In this document: positions 1 through 7,802 of the stretch, one piece after another | How positions within the stretch are numbered: position 1 is the first letter of the stretch | Layout of the letters: each line of letters starts with the position of its first letter | From: Nitrosopumilus sp. | Lineage (GTDB): Archaea; Thermoproteota; Nitrososphaeria; Nitrososphaerales; Nitrosopumilaceae | Assembly (NCBI GenBank): GCA_965203315.1 | Contig: CBDBCE010000006.1 | Coordinates: 1-53,622 of the forward strand | DNA: 53,622 nucleotides | Direction: 5' to 3' | Made by a program: the position numbers and the translations under genes | The notes under the pieces: generated by a model | What the model was told of the DNA's origin: nothing | Seen by the model: only the letters and a program-made list of their open reading frames with translations | The model's database searches: none

Positions 1-182
1 TTTGAACGTGGCGACCAAGTATGATTACACTCGGCACACACCATCGCTTTGATCTTTGTCGGCTTTAGGTTGCCACGCTTCCAGCATTTGGGACACAGTT
101 TAGTTCTTGATGATTCACGTCTAGTCTTTCTCTCTAGCCATTTATTGCCACAACTACAACCTATTCCCATGACTTCTTGCAT
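1..182 (-). CDS. Zn-ribbon protein, N-terminal part (runs off the left edge, continues at the right end); candidate regulator
   Basis: Manual translation MQEVMGIGCSCGNKW...CPKCW...CAECNHTWSPRS; ATG at 182 preceded by an AT-rich promoter with operator repeats; not in the ORF track. Confidence 0.75.
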   Translation of the reverse strand, partial: MQEVMGIGCSCGNKWLERKTRRESSRTKLCPKCWKRGNLKPTKIKAMVCAECNHTWSPRS

Positions 183-185
183 ACT

Positions 186-239
186 ATACTATCGTAATAT
201 GGATAATATATATCATAAATACTATCGTAATATGGATAA
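186..239. repeat. 21-bp direct repeat ATACTATCGTAATATGGATAA x2 (186-206, 219-239) containing the TATCGTAAT operator core
   Basis: Exact repeat read from the sequence, in the divergent intergenic region between the Zn-ribbon gene and 279..911. Confidence 0.85.
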
Positions 240-278
240 ACCTTAACGTTAAATAGTTGCTATTTAAACTAAAAACAC

Positions 279-911
279 ATGGAAGACATGGGAAGGTTAT
301 TGGAACTCCGTGAAATATGTTATAACAATATCAACAACATCAATCGTATTATATCTCAATGCACCTTTAGTGAAAAGAGACTGCGATATATCAAGCGTAA
401 TTATACCTCAGATGAACAAGAGAAATTCATTGAGGATAAACGCAAACTCGTAGAATACAGAATAGAGAAACTCAAAACCATGACTTGGGATATTAACATA
501 CCACAGATAAAACAAAAACAAAAACAAACCGAAGTGTATCTAGATGAACGATCCATAACGACCCAATGGGAAAAGGCACTGGCGCTACTAGCTGTATCTT
601 TGGGGTATGCCCAGACAGAGATAGCACGACTCTTGGGCATCTCGGCTCAACACATGGCACTCAATATAGTCCCTGAATGGAAACAAAAGCACATATTACA
701 AATACTGGATTGGTTCAAGCGTTGCCCTGCTTGTGGAGTATATCTACATGATCTATTTGAGGGGGCAATTAAATCCAGAACCAAAGGCTGTCCACCAAAT
801 CTAACTGACATAGACATGGAGCATATACAATTATCATCGTACCAAAAAGAAAATATATCTTTGAAAAAGGAAATAAGAGAATTAAAGAGGAAATTAAATG
901 ACCGAAAATAA
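279..911 (+). CDS. HTH-containing protein with CxxC motif and C-terminal coiled coil (putative regulator)
   Basis: GYAQTEIARLLGISAQHM resembles an HTH; RCPACG. Confidence 0.55.
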   Translation: MEDMGRLLELREICYNNINNINRIISQCTFSEKRLRYIKRNYTSDEQEKFIEDKRKLVEYRIEKLKTMTWDINIPQIKQKQKQTEVYLDERSITTQWEKALALLAVSLGYAQTEIARLLGISAQHMALNIVPEWKQKHILQILDWFKRCPACGVYLHDLFEGAIKSRTKGCPPNLTDIDMEHIQLSSYQKENISLKKEIRELKRKLNDRK

Positions 912-1338
912 AGAACTAAACGTAGTGGACACGGACAAACTCAACGATATCATAATGACCACAATGGCTATCAGTTTGTCAGCTCACGAGGCAGTCCAAG
1001 TCCTCACGTCTCAGGGTTTTCCGATGACAGTCTCAGAGTATCGTGGTCGAGTTGCCAACATGAAAAAAAAGAGCAAGGAAGAACTAACTAAATTCATAGC
1101 CGACTCCGTAGGCAATCACCTAGAGCGTATGCATATTTTAAAATACATGCAAAGAGATCTTATGAGATTATACATCAATACTCCAGATGAAAACATCAAT
1201 GTGAAACTGCGAATAGGAGATCGTATAGTCAATCTGCAACCGTTGATATCCACCTATCAAGAGATGTCGCCATTTATCTTGCCAGGCAAGTCAGATAGAC
1301 CACCAATTCAAATTAACAAAGACGCTCTGAAAATCTAG
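898..1338 (+). CDS. Helical hypothetical protein, possible terminase small subunit
   Basis: 146 aa, HTH-like N-terminus and helical C-terminus; same strand as and upstream of terL; positional inference only. Confidence 0.35.
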   Translation: MTENKELNVVDTDKLNDIIMTTMAISLSAHEAVQVLTSQGFPMTVSEYRGRVANMKKKSKEELTKFIADSVGNHLERMHILKYMQRDLMRLYINTPDENINVKLRIGDRIVNLQPLISTYQEMSPFILPGKSDRPPIQINKDALKI

Positions 1339-1364
1339 CCTATTTGTATAATAAAAAAAGGGGG

Positions 1365-1661
1365 CTATTGCCCAATTCTTGACAGAGCTACATCATCTGG
1401 GTGATGTCCATAGTACGAATCATAATGATCAATACCTGACATATCACAACCTGCAAACCCTGAACCATGAATACAATGATCTTCCAATCCTTGTGATTCA
1501 TAGTGCATGTATCTTGCCACATCTTCGTTGTATGTGTCGATTCCAATTATGCCGTCATACTCTGGAGTGGAATAGGTTGCGAACATTATTCCTACCATCA
1601 CAATGAAACCAAGCACAATGAACAAGATGAATCCTATTAGGACTTTGGCTATTATGTGCAT
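1365..1661 (-). CDS. Small membrane-anchored protein
   Basis: Hydrophobic N-terminus VLIGFILFIVLGFIVMVGIMFA; own promoter/operator and oligo-T terminator. Confidence 0.7.
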   Translation of the reverse strand: MHIIAKVLIGFILFIVLGFIVMVGIMFATYSTPEYDGIIGIDTYNEDVARYMHYESQGLEDHCIHGSGFAGCDMSGIDHYDSYYGHHPDDVALSRIGQ

Positions 1662-1673
1662 GTATAGAACAAT

Positions 1674-1692
1674 ATATTACGATAATATATAC
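1674..1692 (-). promoter_or_regulatory. TATA box plus palindromic operator (ATATTACGATAATATATAC on +)
   Basis: Identical 19-mer at 2172-2190 and near-identical at ~3805-3822, each ending 30-31 nt from an ATG. Confidence 0.75.
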
Positions 1693-1835
1693 TATGCCTT
1701 TTTTCTTTGCCTGTATTGTTTTTGGAGTCCATCTAGGACTTGCCTCTTTTCTTGCCTGTATAACCTGCGATACTCTTGTTCGTCCTCTAGACTAGTACGT
1801 TTTGGTTTTGCCATGTATAAAAAAAGAAAAGGGGG

Positions 1836-2159
1836 TTAATTACCTTTTTGTTCTGCCTCATGTGTATCATAGTACTGTCTCATCGCTTCGTTCTCGCGCT
1901 CTAGATGTTTTACATAACAATCTCTAGAGTTGCAGACTTCAGAATTGGGTTCGGCTTGTGCGCCGCAAATCCAACAATGGTTGCGTTCTGGCTTGGGCTT
2001 TTGGACATAGTAATTACATAGCCTAGTAATCATCTGTCCTATTTGGTAGATCTCCTCGTTGATGTAGTCTCGATCGTGGTTTGCCAGGTTGTCAATATCG
2101 GTTATACCTTCGATGGTACAACCAATGTCAAAACGTAGTTGATCTAACGATCTCTTCAT
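1836..2159 (-). CDS. Hypothetical protein with Zn-finger (CWICG...CNSRDC)
   Basis: ORF track; own promoter at 2172-2190. Confidence 0.7.
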   Translation of the reverse strand: MKRSLDQLRFDIGCTIEGITDIDNLANHDRDYINEEIYQIGQMITRLCNYYVQKPKPERNHCWICGAQAEPNSEVCNSRDCYVKHLERENEAMRQYYDTHEAEQKGN

Positions 2160-2231
2160 ACTATATTACACATATTACGATAATATATACCTTGCCTACT
2201 TGCCTTGCCAAAATTTACGATAAGAAAAAAA

Positions 2232-2360
2232 TTAATAGCTCTGCAAGAGAGCTTTAACTTCTTTGACTGCGTATTCAAGTTCAAAATCGTCTTCATCACA
2301 AGCTTTGATCAATAGGTCTAGTACTTGTATGACTTTGTCTAAACTTTTGAGTTGTTGCAT
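2232..2360 (-). CDS. 42-aa helical micro-protein
   Basis: Manual translation MQQLKSLDKVIQVLDLLIKACDEDDFELEYAVKEVKALLQSY; operator variant at ~2371-2387 and T-run after the stop. Confidence 0.6.
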   Translation of the reverse strand: MQQLKSLDKVIQVLDLLIKACDEDDFELEYAVKEVKALLQSY

Positions 2361-2404
2361 ACATACAGTATATTATACGATAATATAAATGAATAAAAAA
2401 GGAG

Positions 2405-2671
2405 TTATTGGAAGTGATCGAAATTTCTAATATGCGTATAGTTATTAGAAAATAGTTGTTTGATCTCATTCCAGTTCCATTTTTTGTTTGCACTTTTTTC
2501 ATGGGCTTTGATAAATATACCCATGTCAAGATCTTCTTCCAAATAGGAATATTCTTTACCAATAAAAGAATATTGGGATATTTGGCGCCTTATACCTAGT
2601 ATGTCTAGTTCCTTTGTTGGGACTTTAAGCCATCCATGACTAGGATCACTATACATTACGTACTTTGACAT
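2405..2671 (-). CDS. Conserved viral hypothetical protein (DPxHGWL...YLEED family)
   Basis: YSDPSHGWLKVP...LGI...ISQYS...YLEEDLD matches a recurrent phage early-region family, recalled from memory. Confidence 0.65.
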   Translation of the reverse strand: MSKYVMYSDPSHGWLKVPTKELDILGIRRQISQYSFIGKEYSYLEEDLDMGIFIKAHEKSANKKWNWNEIKQLFSNNYTHIRNFDHFQ

Positions 2672-2970
2672 TACTATATTGGAAATATAACGTATTATTA
2701 AATCTTGCCAATTAAGACTTGCCTTGCCTGTGGGTTTTTACGTTATTTGGAAATTACGCTTTCTGTGGTGGGATTCTGGATTTTACGTTTTTCCGATTTT
2801 GGATTTCAGATGGTATGGACTGTAAAGATACTATCAATAGTATGGTAATATTGGCAATTACTAGCGGGTTCATCTTGGGGTGTGTGTGGCTGTGCTGTCT
2901 GACCAATATGATATTTCATCTGGGCTGGATCAAAAAGAGTGCAAATAAAAAATAAAAAAAGGAGTGGTGG

Positions 2971-3441
2971 TTATAGACTTAATCGTATTTGGGTGTCTAT
3001 GTGTGTTATACTGTTGGCATCTGTGGTGGCTATGTATCTACGTTGGATTTGGCTTTGTGGTTCATCTTTGATCATTGATCGTACTTCATCATCGTCGGTG
3101 TCAATATCGTGTTGGCAAATTACAATATCTAGTATTGTCTTATTACCTGGTTGTGGATCGTTGTTGTAATTGTTGTTGTGGATCATTTCTACTTCATCAC
3201 TAATAGCTTGTTCATTATCTAGCAGTGATTCTGTGGTCGTGATCGGCTCGTGTACTCTATGATCCAATATGTCATAAGAGGTGTACCTTTGTGGTTTGAT
3301 CTCCATATTGGCTATTCCTTGTCTATAACATTCTTTACAGATATCTAGCGGTCCGCTGGATGTCAATAGAGGTCGTACTGTCTTGTGGCATTCTGTACAT
3401 TGGATCCGATCGGTACCTTTGTACGTGATTGTTTGGTTCAT
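2971..3441 (-). CDS. Hypothetical Zn-finger protein with acidic C-terminus
   Basis: CTECH...CKEC; leaderless promoter at 3438-3469. Confidence 0.7.
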   Translation of the reverse strand: MNQTITYKGTDRIQCTECHKTVRPLLTSSGPLDICKECYRQGIANMEIKPQRYTSYDILDHRVHEPITTTESLLDNEQAISDEVEMIHNNNYNNDPQPGNKTILDIVICQHDIDTDDDEVRSMIKDEPQSQIQRRYIATTDANSITHIDTQIRLSL

Positions 3442-3469
3442 TACTTATTCTGGGATATAATACGTATAT
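3438..3469. repeat. 32-bp direct repeat (copy 1; copy 2 at 5139-5170) covering start codon and promoter
   Basis: TCATTACTTATTCTGGGATATAATACGTATAT identical at both sites. Confidence 0.9.
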
Positions 3470-3528
3470 TAAGCTTCACTTTGTTCAAAAATTACGATGT
3501 TTAGAGTAAAAAAATAGAGAATAAGAGA

Positions 3529-3792
3529 TCATAAAATACATGGGCGGATCTCTTGTTTCTTTTTGATTATTGTTCCTTCGTCGTTGGTGTGTGTGATCAC
3601 TTGGATGATTTCTAGATCTGTCTGGGTGTCTATGATATAATATACCATTGGGATCGGATTTACAAGTTTGGCTTTTGTCAATTTCATCATTCGATCGTAC
3701 CATTGATTGGCATGTGTACATATATCGGGCATTGTTTCGGCGATGCTATGGACTGGGCGGCTTTCGTATGTATCGTGTCGTACTTTGTACAT
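3529..3792 (-). CDS. Hypothetical protein (start revised to MYKVRH)
   Basis: Promoter/operator spacing of 30 nt matches the other cassettes, so the ATG at 3792 is preferred over 3858. Confidence 0.6.
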   Translation of the reverse strand: MYKVRHDTYESRPVHSIAETMPDICTHANQWYDRMMKLTKAKLVNPIPMVYYIIDTQTDLEIIQVITHTNDEGTIIKKKQEIRPCIL

Positions 3793-3900
3793 AATGTTCA
3801 TCACTATTACGATAATATATACTGACCAAATTAACGATTTTACGATAATTTTTTTCAATGCAGTATTTTAGCATGAATAAAAAAGATAGAGGTATAATGA

Positions 3901-4218
3901 TTAAGCAGGGATCATTATACTATATCTGATTTCGGTTGTAAATTGATCAATAGAGGCTGTGTATTGTCTGGTTTCTATTGGATCATTTTCTACTACTTGT
4001 GTGTCTATGTCTGTGTTGGAATTTACTAGATAGATTTCTAGCGTGTATTCTCTAAACCCATATATCAGATCTTCATCAATAGTGATTAGATCTTCATGGA
4101 TGTCTTCATGGATGTTGGCTTCGATTTGGCTATTGAGATCTTCAATAGTCTTGTGTGTGTCTGTGTAATTGATTAAGCCTTGTGTGTTTACGGCTATGTA
4201 TCGTGTGTTTGTATTCAT
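3901..4218 (-). CDS. Acidic hypothetical protein
   Basis: ORF track; cassette context. Confidence 0.65.
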   Translation of the reverse strand: MNTNTRYIAVNTQGLINYTDTHKTIEDLNSQIEANIHEDIHEDLITIDEDLIYGFREYTLEIYLVNSNTDIDTQVVENDPIETRQYTASIDQFTTEIRYSIMIPA

Positions 4219-4251
4219 TACCTTGTATGGATATAGTATGTTATTATATGT

Positions 4252-4288
4252 TTCATCTGGGGTCGAAAATTACGATAATTAGGATATA
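4252..4288. repeat. 37-bp direct repeat (copy 1; copy 2 at 4854-4890) containing the operator
   Basis: TTCATCTGGGGTCGAAAATTACGATAATTAGGATATA identical at both sites. Confidence 0.9.
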
Positions 4289-4312
4289 GTCTGACCAAAT
4301 AGAAAAAAGGGA

Positions 4313-4582
4313 TCAAATATGATAATAACAGTTGTCTGTTATTTCATATAGATCTATGTGTGTGTGTTGTGGGGTGGATGTACCGTGGGCCAATATACGT
4401 ATGGTTTCATCAGATGCGATCCGTGTACACTTCCATATAGCATGGATCGTACCGTACATGTCTGTGGATCTCATGATATCTACGGCCTGACTAAATGTCT
4501 GTACGTATTCCTTGTATTCTGTGTCTGGGCATTCTATCTTATACATTCTATCTAGTAGTGGATATTGTGTATATATTAACAT
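4313..4582 (-). CDS. Hypothetical protein
   Basis: ORF track; oligo-T terminator after the stop; (GCAAG)4 upstream. Confidence 0.6.
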   Translation of the reverse strand: MLIYTQYPLLDRMYKIECPDTEYKEYVQTFSQAVDIMRSTDMYGTIHAIWKCTRIASDETIRILAHGTSTPQHTHIDLYEITDNCYYHI

Positions 4583-4716
4583 AATGTATACCTAAAACGT
4601 TGCATAATTAGTCTTGCCTTGCCTTGCCTTGCGTGGCGGTGTGGATTTAACGATTTTTCGATTTACCGATTTTGATTTTTGAACCTTGATTCTGGGTACG
4701 TCATATTACTTACAAG

Positions 4717-4744
4717 TACGGTACTGGGACGGTACAGTACCGTA
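4717..4744. repeat. 10-bp perfect inverted repeat TACGGTACTG-N8-CAGTACCGTA
   Basis: Read directly, within a ~400-bp non-coding stretch. Confidence 0.8.
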
Positions 4745-4986
4745 ATTCAGTATGAATAGTATGGATATAATACATACTATATACACTATGGATATTAGAC
4801 GTATTATGAATAGTATGTATAATATAGATACTATCTAGTCTGGGTGGTGATGCTTCATCTGGGGTCGAAAATTACGATAATTAGGATATATAGTCATGAA
4901 CATAATAATTTTCCGAGTGCATAGTATCACAATTTGGTGTCATCTGTTCTGCCAGAGGCAAATTCCGTCTCTGACCACGATGTTGG

Positions 4987-5142
4987 CTATTGGTTGATGC
5001 CGATTATGCTGTCAACATCTGAGATGCATGCTGGACATATGGGATGAGTCTTTCCTTGGATATGTCTGGCTGTCATCTTTCGCGCTTCATGGGTGTCACC
5101 ACATGAGGCACATTTCACATATGCTGGGAATGTGTATGTCAT
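4987..5142 (-). CDS. 51-aa Zn-finger micro-protein
   Basis: Manual translation MTYTFPAYVKCASCGDTHEARKMTARHIQGKTHPICPACISDVDSIIGINQ; TTTATATA box ~24 nt upstream. Confidence 0.7.
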   Translation of the reverse strand: MTYTFPAYVKCASCGDTHEARKMTARHIQGKTHPICPACISDVDSIIGINQ

Positions 5143-5326
5143 TACTTATTCTGGGATATAATACGTATATAAACCTTTGTTGGTTGCGATCTTGAGTGGA
5201 TGAGTTGCCGAAATTCCGAAGTCCGTAAGATCCAAACATATATAAGGGGGTAGCCGAGAGCAATGTCCCTCACAAAAAATTTAAAAAAAATGGCAACTTT
5301 TATTACCTAGTATATATCTATTACGG

Positions 5327-6262
5327 TTGTTGAAATCTTATTCCGTCTATCCTAGACTACAACATGAAATTGGACGGTTTGCTATTACTCCTAATGATTC
5401 TAATGATGAACATATTGCTGGATTGCCTTTTTGGTGTAATAATCAGGATGTTAATGTAGATGGTCAGGCTTGTTGTCTTACCCACAGGGTTGGACTCCCC
5501 CAAATTAGAGATACCAAAATGCCCCTAGCGGACTTTCAGTTGGAGTTTTGTTCTTCGATATTTGACCTGGCACGGAAAAAGAGTTCTGATCTGCCCCTTT
5601 TGATACATTTGTTAAAGGGACGCCAAATGGGGTTCACAGAGATAGTTATACGATTAATACAGTATTTCTCATTTAATCGCTATGCAGGAAAGAAAATAGG
5701 AATCATGACTGGTACCAATGGGGATTTGGCTAAAAAAGACCTTCGCAGATTATATGACTTGTACAAGCCGATTAAGGAAACTTTGATGGGTCCATTGTCC
5801 AAGAATATGATTCACCTCAAAAATGGGACTTCTGTCGAAGCATTCGCCTCAGATGAAGAGGCAATGACAGGGGACACAAAGTATGCTTGTATATTTCTAG
5901 ACGAGGCGGCTAAATGGGACATGAAGGACGATACAGCCATATTCAACAGTATTATGCCCATTGTCCGAACCAATGCCTCTGATTTGTTTCTGGTTTCTAC
6001 GCCAAAGGGTCCAGAAAAGATGTTTTGGAAGATTTGGAAGTACGACAAGCAATTCCACAAGTTCAAGTACCCGATTACCCGTGCTTTGGGGTCCATACAT
6101 ACGAATGAGACTCTGCAAGAGATCCTGGATAATTCAGTTGAAGACATACAGCAAGAGTACTTTTGTGAGTTTGCAGGGGCTAAAGACAGGGTATTTCACT
6201 TTGACGAAAACGATATTGTCAAGCGTAAAGCCATTTCATTGGTGAAATCATGCGATTTGTAG
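5327..6262 (+). CDS. terL: Terminase large subunit, ATPase domain (stand-alone)
   Basis: Walker A-like KGRQMGFTE, Walker B CIFLDEAA, coupling motif VSTP, C-terminal QEYFCEF. Confidence 0.9.
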   Translation: MLKSYSVYPRLQHEIGRFAITPNDSNDEHIAGLPFWCNNQDVNVDGQACCLTHRVGLPQIRDTKMPLADFQLEFCSSIFDLARKKSSDLPLLIHLLKGRQMGFTEIVIRLIQYFSFNRYAGKKIGIMTGTNGDLAKKDLRRLYDLYKPIKETLMGPLSKNMIHLKNGTSVEAFASDEEAMTGDTKYACIFLDEAAKWDMKDDTAIFNSIMPIVRTNASDLFLVSTPKGPEKMFWKIWKYDKQFHKFKYPITRALGSIHTNETLQEILDNSVEDIQQEYFCEFAGAKDRVFHFDENDIVKRKAISLVKSCDL

Positions 6263-6738
6263 GCGTGGATCCAGGTATTGGTGGCGACCCGACAGGAATT
6301 GTAGCCGTTGAATATGATGGGACGATATCAGTACTATATGCTCAGAGATTGTTTCGTCCTTCTGATATGGACCTGAAAGAGACGATAATTGGACTGGATT
6401 ATCGGTTAAAACCCAAGATAATATACTGTGAGACGAATAATCGAGGGGACGCATTCTTGGAAAGAATACGAGGATTAGGGGTTTGTGCCACAGGAATATT
6501 CTGCTCTAGGGAGCTGAAAAAGCCTAAACCCAACGTAATGTCGAAACGACATATGATGAGGTTGATTAAATCGAGTCGTATAACATTTGCAGACGACACC
6601 CCTGAAATAAGAGAATTAATAAACCAGTTGAACAGTATAGGAAGTGATGGGAAAGCCATTAAATCGAGACACGATGACTTGTACTCGGCGTTGTTATTGT
6701 GCTTACATGGAGTGGATAGATATTGTTTGAACCATTAA
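6250..6738 (+). CDS. Terminase large subunit, RNase H-like nuclease domain (stand-alone)
   Basis: VGVDPGIGGDPTGIV, YCETNNRG, HDDLYSAL; own GGTGA RBS at 6241-6245. Confidence 0.85.
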   Translation: MRFVGVDPGIGGDPTGIVAVEYDGTISVLYAQRLFRPSDMDLKETIIGLDYRLKPKIIYCETNNRGDAFLERIRGLGVCATGIFCSRELKKPKPNVMSKRHMMRLIKSSRITFADDTPEIRELINQLNSIGSDGKAIKSRHDDLYSALLLCLHGVDRYCLNH

Positions 6739-7160
6739 TCAAGCCCATGACCAAGATTGTTCCACAGGACGCTCATAAACCAAAAACCATCAAGAAATTC
6801 GAGCATTACATGAAGAATAGAGAAGAGGAACTAGCCCGACAGAACGCAAAGTACCCTCAAGTCAAGCAAAAAAAGGCTAAAAAACGGGCAAAGGCAATCA
6901 AATTCATCGCAGAGGCTCACGAAAGAGAGGAATTATGCTTTGAATGTGGCAAAGACGAGTGTTATATTGATCACATCAAGGAAGATGGACGTCAAGAACG
7001 TGAAATAATCCCTGCAAGTCAGCTGTTCGACTATGTAATTTATCTTCACGAGCAGGGCGCGACCACAATGATTCGAGAAACCTATCAATTACTCTGTAAC
7101 AGGTGTAATGGAATCAAAGGACACGACCACAAGAGAAAGTTAAAGGGGGTGAGTTCTTGA
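6723..7160 (+). CDS. HNH-like endonuclease (DHIxxDG family)
   Basis: CFECG...IDHIKEDG...YQLLCNRCN. Confidence 0.75.
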   Translation: MFEPLIKPMTKIVPQDAHKPKTIKKFEHYMKNREEELARQNAKYPQVKQKKAKKRAKAIKFIAEAHEREELCFECGKDECYIDHIKEDGRQEREIIPASQLFDYVIYLHEQGATTMIRETYQLLCNRCNGIKGHDHKRKLKGVSS

Positions 7161-7802
7161 TCGTGAAGCGGGCTGCCCTGTCTCACTCGAAAATACAGAA
7201 ATAGTTTTGGCTTTGTGTATATCGAAGTTGATACCGATGCAAAGGACTTGACCGTTTTGGCTACAACCCAATGGTCTAGAACCCATATCAATACAATAGC
7301 CAACGACATATCGAGGTTTTACAAGCAACTGGCATGGGAAGTACTGTACATAGACCAGATAACAGGGGAGCATCTCATTCAAGATATTAGACTCTTGGAA
7401 GTACCACTCAAAGTCATAACCCTACAAAAAGAGCTCAAAGACCCCCGTGAGTTGAACAGAATAAACGTGATGGACATCAAGGAACACATACAGTTTATGA
7501 TTCAACTAAACACCCAACACAAGATCAAATTCCCCGAAGACATGAGTGAAGACCTACGAGAACTCTGGGAGCAGTCGAAAACCTTTAGAGAGTTCAAGAC
7601 GGAACAAGGGTCGATGGATTACAGAGCAGAGGGCGAAGCCCTAGACGACATGGTACGAGCTCTGTTGATTGTTTGTTTTAGTTGTCGAAAACTAATCATG
7701 GGGGCAGACGGTACCCATGTGTGTGGTAGCATTCAAAGACTTCCCCCTATGGAAGACGATTTAATTGTTATTAGGGAGCAAGAGCTAGAGGGTCTTATAT
7801 GA
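7157..7802 (+). pseudogene. Second, degenerate terminase-nuclease-like gene with a +1 frameshift near its 5' end (main ORF 7215..7802)
   Basis: LYIDQITG and ALDDMVRALL parallel the first nuclease; a TTG at 7157 overlapping the upstream stop gives MIVKRAALSHSK, continuing as YRNSFGFVYIEV in the +1 frame. Confidence 0.55.

Noticed and set aside
49-246. 65-aa plus-strand ORF with YYRNMD repeat
   Set aside because: Antisense to the Zn-ribbon gene; the peptide repeat is just the translated 21-bp operator repeat
4279-4296. GATATAGTC resembling a group I intron S/P7 element
   Set aside because: It is the edge of the 37-bp repeat; no matching R element or interrupted gene found
1660-4900. Recurrent TTACGATAAT motif as a CRISPR or TIGR-like array
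   Set aside because: Irregular spacing of hundreds of bp with genes in between; no cas or Nop-domain gene; fits an operator better
6230-6262. Programmed -1 frameshift fusing terminase ATPase and nuclease
   Set aside because: No X XXY YYZ slippery site seen, and the nuclease has its own RBS and ATG
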